Positions 21,049 to 31,038 of a DNA stretch of 60,146 bases are shown here, piece after piece. The position numbers were made by a program, and so were the translations under genes. Position 1 is the first letter of the stretch. Each line of letters begins with the position of its first letter. Below the pieces are notes generated by a model. It was not told the origin of the DNA and searched no databases. It saw only the letters and a program-made list of their open reading frames with translations. Origin of the DNA: Chrysochromulina tobinii (Eukaryota); assembly GCA_001275005.1 (NCBI GenBank), contig JWZX01003405.1:1-60146 (forward strand). The letters are read 5' to 3'.

Positions 21049-23784
21049 ATGGCCGCTGCTGGATCTGTCGTCATCAGAGATTTTTCCTCCAAGCAGGGGC
21101 TTTTCGCCAAAGTCGCCACCGCCAAGGTTTTCGGGGACCTTCCTGCTATGATCCCCAGCCTGCCTGTTGAGCTGAACTTTAAGGCCGCTTCTCAGAGTGA
21201 CATCCCATCTGGCGCCATCGTTTTTTGTCTGCGTTCAGCGTCGGACGACGACGCTGAGCGCAAAAAACAAGATCTCGAGCGCATGAAACGGTTCTGCGGC
21301 CCAGACTACGATTCTCGACTACCACGCGCAGCTCGGCTCAGCGATGGCAGCTCTATCTTTGTGGTGGATTCTTCGAGCGCTGGCGACTTTATCTGCAAGT
21401 GGCAGGCGCCGATCGCGCAGGCGCCGCTTTCCATCCAGACACGGCCGACAGCCACTGCAGCATCAGTTCAAGATGACGAGGCTCTGCAACAACTCTCGGA
21501 GGCCACACAGAATCCACTCTCCGCGGCGGCAGCTCTGGCGGCAGCGCGCTCGGCGGCGCCGCCGGCTCCGCCGCCGGCGGCGCTCGCCTTGGCCAATGGG
21601 CCGCAAGAGTCGTCCGATCCGTTCCGCGTGATCTCCGACTACCTCGCGCAACAGTCTACGCAGTCGGTGCCGATGAAGGCGCACGACACCGTGAGCGGCG
21701 ACAGAGTACCTCCGCGAGGCGACGACCGGCGCGACGACCGGCGCGACGACCGGCGCGACGACCGGCGCGACGACCGGCGCGACGACCGGCGCGATGAGAG
21801 GCGAGATGACCGTGACCGTAGAGACGACCGGAGGCGGGACGACAGGGACGATGACCGGCATCGTCGCGAGAGCGGCGGCAACTCTGGCCGAGACGCAGAC
21901 CGAAGACGCGACCGCAGCGCGGATCGGGACCGTGACCGCGACCGGCGCGACGACCGCGACCGGCGCGACAGTGACCGGCGCGACAGCGACCGGCGCGACA
22001 GCGACCGCGAACGCTGCGACAGCGACCGCGACCGACGCGACGACCGCGACCGGCGCGACGGTGACCGCGACCGACGCGACAGCGACGGCGACCGTGATCG
22101 ACGAAAACAAGACGGCGGTCACGTCCGTCTCGTCGAAAAGTTCGATCCAACGCCGCTTCCTTCATACGCGCAAGGACTGGACCCCATCGAGGTGGTGGCC
22201 CGTGCCTACAATGAAACACGCGAAGAATTGTCGGCAGCGTACAAGTGGCGGCCCCCCGTTTCTGTTGACAAATGTGCGGACTGGCCTACGTGTGAGGTGG
22301 CCCATTCCACAGACAGGCCTGGAGCGCACGTCATCTTTCGATCGCCGGTTGTGAATGTTCGCGCACTGGAGTCGTGCGAGCTCGCTGGGAATGTGTATCT
22401 TCGGAAGGTGCTCGTCAATAAGCGCATGAGAGCCATCAAGGAGGGTGACTTGGTCACTGGCCGGATGGTACTCAACGGAGACCCGAAGATTCCGTACAAG
22501 TGGATGGTGATCCATGTGCTGAAGACAAACATTGGCATGCGACTCGCAGATGAGTGGAATGCGCATCACGAAGCGGAGGTGCACATGTCCTTGAAGCGCA
22601 GTTGCGAGGCTTTGTTGGACGACGACGAGGACCATGGCCAAGGGGCGATGGGCAAGGTCGCGCGCGACGATGGAAATACTGACGACGTGAGCCCGGGGGG
22701 GTCCGGTGGGGATCGAAGAGTCAATCTCAAAGTCAATCTCGACGAAGGCCAAATCGTCAATCGCTGCCGCCAGGACGGCGCTCCCATCGGTCGCCCTGGC
22801 GAGCGTGGATGGTTCGATGAAAAGACGTATCGAAGTGAGGTGCAGGAGGCGAAGAGGGCGGAGACAATACGCAAGGGCGCCACGCCCAAGCAAGTGGCCG
22901 CAGGCCTATTCCTCGGCAGGACGTTCGATGGCGAACACGAAGGGAAGGTGAGCTTCGAAGGCATCGTGACCCATGCGGAAGGGGACTGGGCCATCCTCTC
23001 CGAAGCCGTCTTCCTTCATCGCTCGTACATCGCCTCCAAGTGGGGGCACGTGAATCTAGGAGACCACGTCATCGGCTTTCTCGTTCCAGAGGAGCGCGGC
23101 GGCTGCAAATGGCGTTGCATACACGTGAAGATGGTCGATAGGGGCGGCCAAGAGAAGGCGAGGCTCGAGCGCGAGGCATACGAACGTGAGGAGGAGCTTC
23201 GCATTCACGGCGCAGCCGAGCACATTCGGCCAGTGAACCCGAGGCTCATCCCGGTCATCGTCGGGCGGGCGGGCGCCAACGTCAAAAAGATGCAGGACGA
23301 CTCCGGTGCCTCCGTGGTCATCGACCGCACTAAAAACTGCGTGGTGGTTCAGGGAACCAAGAGACAGGTCGAAAAGGCCGTGGCCATGCTCGATATGTTC
23401 GGTGACGGCTCGAAGATGATCGAAGAAGGTATGTTATTCCAAGGCCAGTCGAAACGCGGCACTGTCATTTCGATTCGCGAGCTGGCTGGCAAAGGCTACA
23501 TCAAGCCGGATGCCGAGTATGGGCTCGATCATGAATATTGGTTCGAGTTTAAGACGGACCTCAACCCGGACGTCAGACCGGAGCAGGTCCCCGTGGGCAC
23601 GGCGGTAGAGTTCTGCGAGCTCAAGGACAAGTTCGGCAATTTTCGCGCGGTCTATGTGCGGATGCCGGGCGAACCGATCAAGGGCCGCGGGTTTCCAGGC
23701 CTTTTTGCCCAAGCCGAAAAAGAACGCCGCACCCTTGGGTACTGGGGTGATCAAAGAACCGACGTGCCGAAGGCGTATAAGTAG
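21049..23784 (+). CDS. RNA-binding protein with an Arg/Asp-rich region, OB-fold-like repeats, a KH domain and a C-terminal cold-shock-like domain
   Basis: DDRR repeats; KH motif IPVIVGRAGANVKKMQDDSGA; CSD-like GTVISIRELAGKGYIKPD...VGTAVEF...AVYVR. Confidence 0.75.
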   Translation: MAAAGSVVIRDFSSKQGLFAKVATAKVFGDLPAMIPSLPVELNFKAASQSDIPSGAIVFCLRSASDDDAERKKQDLERMKRFCGPDYDSRLPRAARLSDGSSIFVVDSSSAGDFICKWQAPIAQAPLSIQTRPTATAASVQDDEALQQLSEATQNPLSAAAALAAARSAAPPAPPPAALALANGPQESSDPFRVISDYLAQQSTQSVPMKAHDTVSGDRVPPRGDDRRDDRRDDRRDDRRDDRRDDRRDERRDDRDRRDDRRRDDRDDDRHRRESGGNSGRDADRRRDRSADRDRDRDRRDDRDRRDSDRRDSDRRDSDRERCDSDRDRRDDRDRRDGDRDRRDSDGDRDRRKQDGGHVRLVEKFDPTPLPSYAQGLDPIEVVARAYNETREELSAAYKWRPPVSVDKCADWPTCEVAHSTDRPGAHVIFRSPVVNVRALESCELAGNVYLRKVLVNKRMRAIKEGDLVTGRMVLNGDPKIPYKWMVIHVLKTNIGMRLADEWNAHHEAEVHMSLKRSCEALLDDDEDHGQGAMGKVARDDGNTDDVSPGGSGGDRRVNLKVNLDEGQIVNRCRQDGAPIGRPGERGWFDEKTYRSEVQEAKRAETIRKGATPKQVAAGLFLGRTFDGEHEGKVSFEGIVTHAEGDWAILSEAVFLHRSYIASKWGHVNLGDHVIGFLVPEERGGCKWRCIHVKMVDRGGQEKARLEREAYEREEELRIHGAAEHIRPVNPRLIPVIVGRAGANVKKMQDDSGASVVIDRTKNCVVVQGTKRQVEKAVAMLDMFGDGSKMIEEGMLFQGQSKRGTVISIRELAGKGYIKPDAEYGLDHEYWFEFKTDLNPDVRPEQVPVGTAVEFCELKDKFGNFRAVYVRMPGEPIKGRGFPGLFAQAEKERRTLGYWGDQRTDVPKAYK
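21721..21792. repeat. Coding 12-mer tandem repeat (gacgaccggcgc)x6
   Basis: Seen directly; encodes DDRR. Confidence 0.9.
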
Positions 23785-24250
23785 GGGGGCGGAAATTGGG
23801 GGGACGGTAGAATCCCCCACCGCAATTGCCAATTCACCTGGGACCGTAGGGTCTAGCTTCAAAGCTTGTAGAATCACGTCAGTTTATAGTTACGCGGCGG
23901 ACCATGCCGCCGAATCTGGAACATGCGACCTGCATGCGACCGACCGACATGGTCTCCATACTCCAACTCCATGGCCCATCGGGGCTAGCGTCTCAAATAG
24001 GACCTCGAATCTCAACAAAACTCAAAAGCTCCGCGTGCCGTGCGCAACACCCCCAACGGGCGTGTGCCACGCACTCCGACCCAGACCCAGCACTCTCCCC
24101 TACGCTAAAAACTCGGCGCCCCCAGACGACGAGACGAGCCAGACGCTAGGGACCACCGATCCAGACAAGCGATCCTTGACCTTGTCCCACACGCCACACA
24201 GGTTCCCATTTCGGGGGGGACATGCCATAAAGCCGTGTCAGGGACTTAAC

Positions 24251-24307
24251 GAGGTCGGCTGTGTTCACAACTTGGAGGTCGGCTGTGTTTACAGCTTGGA
24301 GGTCGGC
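24251..24307. repeat. 24-nt tandem repeat (about 2.4 copies) spanning the stop codon of the kinase-lyase gene
   Basis: gaggtcggctgtgtt[c/t]aca[a/g]cttg repeated. Confidence 0.85.
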
Positions 24308-26865
24308 ACGTGCTGCCTTGCGGCCAGGGCAACCGCATCTCGAATGGAGGTTTCAGACGCGGTGCTCTTGTCCGGCCTGGCTGGCATGGGATCGTTCAGA
24401 GCGGCCACCAGGGCGGCGACAAAGGTCGGCACCTCCGCTGCGGTGAAAGCGAGCGGAGGCCGAATCTTCAGTACGTTGTCGTGCGGGCCCGTGCAACCGA
24501 CGAGCACACCACGCCGCCTGAGCCCATTCTTGACCCACGCCGCTCTGGATGGGTCGGGGCGCTTCGACGCCCGATCGGTGACGAGCTCGATGCCGTTGGC
24601 GAGGCCGACGCCGCGCACGTCGCCAACGCAGTCAATGTCGGCCGTCGCGCGACGGCACTGCGCCCTCAGCGCCTCGCCTGCCATGACCGTGCGCGCGAGC
24701 ACGCCCTCATCTTCGAGCACGTCCAGCACCGCGTGGGCGGCGGCGCACGAGACCGGGTTGCCTCCAAAGGTGGAGAAGAAGACGCCCTCTTTCTTCACAA
24801 AGTGCTCTGCGATCTCGCGGCGCACCACCACCGCCGCGACCGGATGGCCGTTGCCCATCGGCTTGCCCATCGTGACGATGTCGGGCGCGATCCCGAAGCG
24901 CTCGAACGACCACATGTGCGTGCCGATCCGGCCATGGCCGCCCTGCACCTCGTCCGCGCACCAGAGGCCGCCCGCCCGATGCGTCAGCGTGACCAGCGCC
25001 TGCACGTCTGCCGGCTCGAGCTGAAGCACTCCGTCGCTCTGCATTACGCCATCAAGGATCGACATGGCGAGCCGCCGTCCCTTGGCCTCGAGACGAGCGA
25101 TCGCGGCGGAGAAGGCGCCGACGCTCGGGCAAGGGTTGGACAAGCTTGGAGGGGAGCGGTACGCATCGGGAGGCGCCCAACGCTCCACGTGGGCTGGTAG
25201 GTGGCCGGCGGAGGCAGCCGTTTCAGGGCTGAGCGCGACAGTCGCCTCGCTGATGCCGTGGTACGCATGCGCAGTGCACAGCGCGCCGGGCGTGCTCGTC
25301 GGCCTCGCCCGCGCCGTCCATGCGACGGACATGCGCCACGCGAGGTCGTTCGCTTCGGAGCCGCTGTTGACGAAGAAGACGGTGTCAAGATGAGCGGGAA
25401 GACTGGCCTTGAGACGCTCCGCGAGGCTCACCGCCAACGGGTGCAGGTAGCGAAGGTTGGTGTTCGCCTTCCGAGCCTGGCGCGCGATGGCCTGCACCAC
25501 CCGAGGGTGTGCGTGCCCGACGCTCGGCACGTTGTTGTAGCAGTCGAGGAGCGTCGTCCCGGCTGCATCGACCACCCAGCAGCCGGTGGCGCGCGCGACG
25601 ACCACCGGCGCGGAGATCGACAGGTAGCTCAACGGCTCGCTGCCGTGCCCGATGGCTGCCTGCCTGCGCGAGATCAACTCGGACGTGCTGCTCGGCATCG
25701 CGGCCGGGTCCATTGCCGTCGTCAGGCACGCGGCACGCCCTTCCCTCCCGAGCGCATGCAAGATGCGAAGCTGGCTCTCAACGAGGGGCCGCTCAGCCGC
25801 CGAGCGCTCCGCACGCTCCACGGCACAAACGCCATTGCCTTCGCGCTGGCTCGTGATCAGCACCTCAGCGCAGCAGCGCACCATCCACAGGTCCGCAAGC
25901 ACCAAGAGCTCCTCCTCCTCCAGCGGGCACTCCTGTTGGTACCCGTCCAAAAGCACGCGTGCCATCCGGAGCAGCTCGTGCGCGCCTCGCGCGACATGCG
26001 CCGTCCCGAGTGCGCTCAGCATCGTCGCGATGTCCGCCGCCAGCACCGTGAAGCTCATGTCGCCAAAGTCGATGATGCCGCTGATCTGTCGCCGGAGCAG
26101 CCCGCCCGCGTCCATCGTGCCGCCAGAGCCGTCCTTGCTGAGCACCATCACGTTGTTCAAGTTGAGGTCGCCGTGAATCACTTGATGGCGCAGCGTGGCG
26201 AGGCGTGGGCGCACCTCTTCCTCAAAGGCCCGAAGCACGTCGGCGCACACGGCGCGCAAGCCCTTCTCCGCCGACACGTGCGGAAGTAACGGCGGAAGGA
26301 GGGTGGCTGCATGCTGAACATCCCACATGGTCTTGCGCGTGGCACGAGGATGGGTGAAGCTGCGCAGCGCCACGCCGAGGCGGGCACACATCCCTCCCCA
26401 CTCGCGGAGCAGCGTGTCGTCGAGAGGTCCGTCCGTGGCCTCGAGCGTCACGCCCGGAACGACGTCATAACAGCGGATCCAATGCAGCTTGCCTTCGTGG
26501 TGGTACTGGCCACGGTGCCCGTCCCCATCCAGAACACGGTGAGGCAGCGCAATGGCCAGCGTCGGGTCGAACTCCATGGCGTGAAAGGCAGCGGCCGCTT
26601 CGAGGTCAAGGATCTCGGGGTCCTCGGCGGCATTCGATACCTTCATGACCGCGAGGGGAACCTTGAGACGTGTGAGCCAATAGACTTGGTCCCGCTCGCA
26701 TCCAAGCGATCGGGCTTCATCCGCGAAGACGCCAAAGAGTTTGGCCGCTGCCTCCACGGCGTTCTCAGGCCGCAGTGTTGGCAGCGGAGTGTCCATCACA
26801 GAGAGTTCCCTCATCACCGCGCGAGTTCGGCGCCCGTCGTGAGCTGTCTCCAACGCGTGCACCAT
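24289..26865 (-). CDS. Fusion of an APH/hydroxylysine kinase-like domain and a class III PLP enzyme (5-phosphohydroxylysine phospholyase-like), ending in PTS1 SKL
   Basis: Kinase motifs IHGDLNLNN and GIIDFGD. Class III PLP motifs DCYNNVPSVGH, NSGSEANDLA, DEVQGGHGR, DIVTMGKPMGNG and STFGGNP. C-terminus PTSKL*. Confidence 0.88.
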   Translation of the reverse strand: MVHALETAHDGRRTRAVMRELSVMDTPLPTLRPENAVEAAAKLFGVFADEARSLGCERDQVYWLTRLKVPLAVMKVSNAAEDPEILDLEAAAAFHAMEFDPTLAIALPHRVLDGDGHRGQYHHEGKLHWIRCYDVVPGVTLEATDGPLDDTLLREWGGMCARLGVALRSFTHPRATRKTMWDVQHAATLLPPLLPHVSAEKGLRAVCADVLRAFEEEVRPRLATLRHQVIHGDLNLNNVMVLSKDGSGGTMDAGGLLRRQISGIIDFGDMSFTVLAADIATMLSALGTAHVARGAHELLRMARVLLDGYQQECPLEEEELLVLADLWMVRCCAEVLITSQREGNGVCAVERAERSAAERPLVESQLRILHALGREGRAACLTTAMDPAAMPSSTSELISRRQAAIGHGSEPLSYLSISAPVVVARATGCWVVDAAGTTLLDCYNNVPSVGHAHPRVVQAIARQARKANTNLRYLHPLAVSLAERLKASLPAHLDTVFFVNSGSEANDLAWRMSVAWTARARPTSTPGALCTAHAYHGISEATVALSPETAASAGHLPAHVERWAPPDAYRSPPSLSNPCPSVGAFSAAIARLEAKGRRLAMSILDGVMQSDGVLQLEPADVQALVTLTHRAGGLWCADEVQGGHGRIGTHMWSFERFGIAPDIVTMGKPMGNGHPVAAVVVRREIAEHFVKKEGVFFSTFGGNPVSCAAAHAVLDVLEDEGVLARTVMAGEALRAQCRRATADIDCVGDVRGVGLANGIELVTDRASKRPDPSRAAWVKNGLRRRGVLVGCTGPHDNVLKIRPPLAFTAAEVPTFVAALVAALNDPMPARPDKSTASETSIRDAVALAARQHVPTSKL

Positions 26866-27334
26866 GACCCGAAAAGCGGCGGGACGGACTGACGTTGATG
26901 ACGGAAATCCAAGCTCCGGAGTTCACAGAACACTGAGGTGTGAACTGAATTGACGGCGCACATTTTCGAGGGTCTCACTCATCACAGAAATTACTTCTCG
27001 TCTGTCCTGTGAGAACAAGGAACCTCTCGACTGACTCGACGCTGTGAATACTGCAAGCTCAGACTGCTCCCTCAGAGACCACCGCGACTCCCACCCGAGA
27101 TCAAATCACAAATGCAAGATGCATCATCTTCATAATCTGTTTTTCGTCGATTCAGCAAATAAAACTATGCATTTTTCGGACACGTAACAGGTGGCACATG
27201 TACGCGCGATGCGGGCGCTTGCGCGCTTGACACGGGTGAGCGTTGTAGCCTTTATTCCACGCCTATTCTGGACCTGGGGGGCCGGCGGCGCCCGGGACCC
27301 CGGGTGCTGGCTGCCCAGGGTCTGGGTGAGTGAC

Positions 27335-28922
27335 CTAGCCGAGGGCCATTGGCTCCGCGGCAATCGGATGCAGGCGGCCGGCCGGCCCGGGCGGCGTGTT
27401 GCGGCGCATACTGCCCGAGGGCGGCCTCGGCGCGGGCGGCAGCTCGCCGAGGGCGAGGTTGGCGGCGGAGCCGAAGCCGCCTTTGGCGGCAGCCTCCGCC
27501 TCGGCGACCTTCATCTTGAGCGCCGCGATCTCGCGCCCATGAGATCGTGCCATATCGGTCATCTCCTCCTCGAGGGCAGCCGCGCGCCGCTCCGACTTCT
27601 CCGCACGCATCAGCAGTCTCGCCACCTCCTCGGCCTTGGCGCCGCCCAGCACAGCGCCCCCCATCTCGTCCTCATCTCGCCCCGCGAGCTTCTTCTGCGC
27701 GTCCTGCAGCTGCATCGTGAGCTCGCGCTCGCGCTCATGGGCGTCGGCCTCGGCGCGCGCGAGCTCAGCGGCGAGCTCTTCGGCGCGCTTCGTCTGCGCC
27801 CCCAGCTGCGGCTCCACCTGCTTTAGGCGCTTCGCGTCCTTAAGTGCCGCCGCCATCAGCGCCTCGAGCCGTTGGATAATGAGCTCTTGCTGCTTCGCCG
27901 TCGTGCGGTACTTGTGCAGCCGCTTGCCCTCGTCCTGTAGGCGCTGCAGCTCCTGGGCCTGCTCAGTGTGCGCCTCCTTGAGCTTAGCGTACGAGGCGCT
28001 CAGCTGCTGCTGCGTGCCCAGCGCGGCCGAGAGCTGCGCCACCTGCGCGTTGAGCTGCTCCACTGCGCCGCCGGTCGGCGCGGTACGCGGCGCCGAGCAT
28101 CCGATGGCGTGCCTGCAGCTGAAGCATGTCGATGTTCTCGACGTTGGTCGCGTCTCCTGCGAGCTGCTCCATGGCACGCTCGCGCTCGTCCACGTGCGTG
28201 CGCAGCGCATGCAGTTCGGCCTCGAGCTGCTTGTTCACAGCACGCAGCTCCATCACCTCCTCGCCTGTGCGAGCGGTCGACGCCGTCTTGTTCGCAACGT
28301 CGGCCATCAGCAGCTGCACGAGCTCTTGCTGGTGCACCAGCTCACGGCTGAGGTCGTCGCTCGCGCCGCCTGCGGGCGCGGGCGCCCGAGTGGACGGCGG
28401 CTGCCGAGGCCGCTGGGAAGCCTGGCGGACGGGCGGCACGGACGGCAGCTCGGGTTCAGAGAACGCCGACGGCTGCTCGAGGCGCATCTTGAGCTTAATC
28501 GTGCCGACGGCCGCGCCCGAGCCCGACTGCGTCGGCGGCGAGAGCGTCAGCGTTTGCTCCACCTGGCCACTCTGCACCATCGGCTCGATAACCCGCTGGA
28601 GCGCGAGTACGGCTGCGCCGACGACATCCGTCTTGGTTCTGCTGTTGGCGCCAGACGCTGAGGCGTCCGGGTCGGGCAGGACGGCGATTGCCGAGACCTG
28701 CAGCGACCACAGGGCTGCGTCCGCGTCTGCCGGCACCTCGAACTCGAACGTGTTCTTGTTGAAGGAGGGCGTCTTCGAAGGCGGGTCTGAGACGGGCGGC
28801 TGCACATCCGTGCGCTCCTGGATCTGAGTGCCGTCGTTGCCCACCATCAGCAAGGTCACAAAGTAGCGGCTCGCCTCCACGAAGGCCACCTGCTTGAGCT
28901 CAACAACCACCTTGGCTGCCAT
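27335..28922 (-). CDS. C2-domain plus coiled-coil protein (CCDC33-like); 1-nt frameshift near 28062
   Basis: N-terminal C2-like strands (RYFVTLLM...ERTDV...PSFNKNTFEF). The coiled-coil tail QQELIIQRLEALM...EEEMTDMARSHGREIAALK resembles CCDC33. CGC AGTG GAG joins the two ORFs if one base is removed. Confidence 0.65.
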
Positions 28923-29010
28923 GCCACCTCACCTGCTCGACGACCAAGCGGCTCCCACGATGGAGGAGGCCGCGGCGGTTAAAGAGGCGTGTGAACCCCT
29001 TCACATCCGA

Positions 29011-29032
29011 TTTTTCCACTTTTCTCCACTCC
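29011..29032 (+). promoter_or_regulatory. Pyrimidine tract, a candidate TOP-like transcription start of RPL5 within the divergent promoter shared with the CCDC33-like gene
   Basis: tttttccacttttctccactcc lies just upstream of the 5'-UTR intron donor. Confidence 0.35.
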
Positions 29033-29059
29033 CGTGGCACGTCGCGTGCTTCGCCCTTG

Positions 29060-29300
29060 GTGAGCAGCCGCACAACTCGGCTCTTTCGGAGGCTCAGAGG
29101 CGGCCTTCTTGGCGGCTGCGGCGGCTATGGCGGGCATGTGGCCGCCCCATGCACCCTGTTTTGCTCGTGCGCCCTCGCAAAGTGGCGAAGGGGGCACTAG
29201 GGTGGCGGCGACGGCGCCGACGGCACTCTGCTGAGCTTGTGTTGGGGTTGGTATCTTCGGGGGCCGCGCACTGACCGCGCTTGCCCTCTCTCAATTGTAG
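29060..29300 (+). other. 5'-UTR intron of RPL5
   Basis: GTGAGC donor at 29060, CTGAC branch site at 29271, pyrimidine tract and TTGTAG acceptor 10 nt before the ATG. Confidence 0.65.
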
Positions 29301-29310
29301 GTACGCCAAG

Positions 29311-30234
29311 ATGGGTTACATCAAGGTGCTGAAGAACAATGCTTATTGCAAGCGGTTCCAGGTCAAGTACCGCCGCAGGCGCGAGGGCAAAACTGACTAC
29401 CAGGCCCGCCGCCGCCTTGTCATCATGGACAAGAACAAGTATGGGTCGACCAAGTACCGCCTTTGCGTGCGCTTCACGTCAAAGGACATCATCTGCCAGG
29501 TCATCCAGCCCAAGATTGTGGGCGACCACACCGTCTGCGCTGCCTATGCGCACGAGCTGCCCAAGTTCGGCATCGAGGTCGGCCTGACCAACTACGCCGC
29601 TGCCTACGCGACGGGTCTGCTCTGCGCGCGCCGACTGCTCAAGAAGATGGGCATGGATGAGGCATACGAGGGCAAGGCGGAGCCCGATGGCGAGATGTAC
29701 CTCGTTGAGCAGGAGGGCGATGCGCGCCCCTTCACGTGCGTGCTCGATGTTGGCCTTGTGCGCACGACGACGGGCAACCGCGTCTTCGGCGCGCTCAAGG
29801 GCGCCGTGGACGGCGGCCTGAACATCCCGCACTCGGAGAAGCGCTTCCCGGGCTACGACCGCGAGGGCAAGGAGTACGATCCAGAGACGCACAAGAAGTA
29901 CATCTTCGGAGGCCACGTGCAGGAGTACATGGAGCTGCTCGAGGAGGAGGATCCCGAGCGCTACCAGTCCCAGTTCGCCAAGTACATCGAGAAGGAGCTG
30001 GAGTCGGACACTCTTGAGGACATGTACAAGTCGGCGCACGAGAAGATCCGCGAGGATCCGGAGTACACGAAGACCGAGAAGGGCGACTACAGCGACAAGG
30101 ACTTTGGCCGCACGCCCCGCAGGACGCTGGAGGAGCGCAAGGCCGCGGTCGCCGCCAAGAAGGCCGCGATGTTCGCCGCGCTCAGCGCCGGCGACGACGA
30201 CGACGACGAGGAGGAGGAGGACGAGGATGAGTAG
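29311..30234 (+). CDS. RPL5: 60S ribosomal protein L5 (uL18)
   Basis: [50 protein letters not shown] and [16 protein letters not shown]. Confidence 0.98.
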   Translation: MGYIKVLKNNAYCKRFQVKYRRRREGKTDYQARRRLVIMDKNKYGSTKYRLCVRFTSKDIICQVIQPKIVGDHTVCAAYAHELPKFGIEVGLTNYAAAYATGLLCARRLLKKMGMDEAYEGKAEPDGEMYLVEQEGDARPFTCVLDVGLVRTTTGNRVFGALKGAVDGGLNIPHSEKRFPGYDREGKEYDPETHKKYIFGGHVQEYMELLEEEDPERYQSQFAKYIEKELESDTLEDMYKSAHEKIREDPEYTKTEKGDYSDKDFGRTPRRTLEERKAAVAAKKAAMFAALSAGDDDDDEEEEDEDE

Positions 30235-31038
30235 ACTGGCGCGTAGGCGCTGCGACTGTGGAGGGATGGCATGGGGACGAGAGGGCATGCTATGTCAGTT
30301 TGAGAGCAGAGGGAGGGAAGGCGGAAGCGGGTGGTCGCGGCCGCTGCGCCGGTGTCCGCACCTTTCTATCCGTCGTCGGGGCAGCTTAGCAGCTAGGCAG
30401 CATCTGTCTGCGTGCCTGTCTTTTGAACGCTCTTGCGTGATGATCTTATATGATGAACGCCCAATGGAGATGAACGCCGGCGTGGTCTTCCGGGGCACGG
30501 GAGGCCGTTTCCCGGCTGTACCTGTAGAGTTTCACGTCAACTTTGAGATTTGAGTGATTCCAACGTTAAGGAAGCGTTAATTTTTTTCCTTAACTGTGTC
30601 TTCATGTTTGATGTTATCATAATGATGAAAGCGCTTGTTGATGCGTCGTGTACGTGTTGATAAACGTTAAAAAAACACTGTTTTGCGACTTTTGCTTGTC
30701 AAAAAGCAGCGAAGAAGTCAGGAAGAGTCAACAATCTTACCAAAAAGGATGTCTTACCAAAAATGGGTCATACGTTCAGCCTGTCTCGAGTCCATCTGTC
30801 AGCACAACCTGTACTTATTGTCAGGCTTGTGCGGTTGTGGCTGCATAGATTGCGTAGATTGCGGTGGCGCAGCAGGAATAGATTGCGTTGAGGGCTGCAG
30901 TTGATGTGGTGTGCGGGACTGCTGACTAAACTGAACTGACTGACATTAGTAACTTACTGATGCACAACGAAACTGACGAATCTGACTGCTGATGAAAGAG
31001 ACGCCGTGCAATGGCAAGCTCTTAAATCATCAGTCAGA

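Noticed and set aside
23654..25024. 456-aa plus-strand ORF
   Set aside because: Largely antisense to the well-supported kinase-lyase gene and has no domain signal; a GC-rich shadow ORF.
30560..30995. AT-richer spacer with tcttaccaaaaa and actga repeats as an ncRNA or mobile element
   Set aside because: No termini, TSD or RNA-family motif could be identified.
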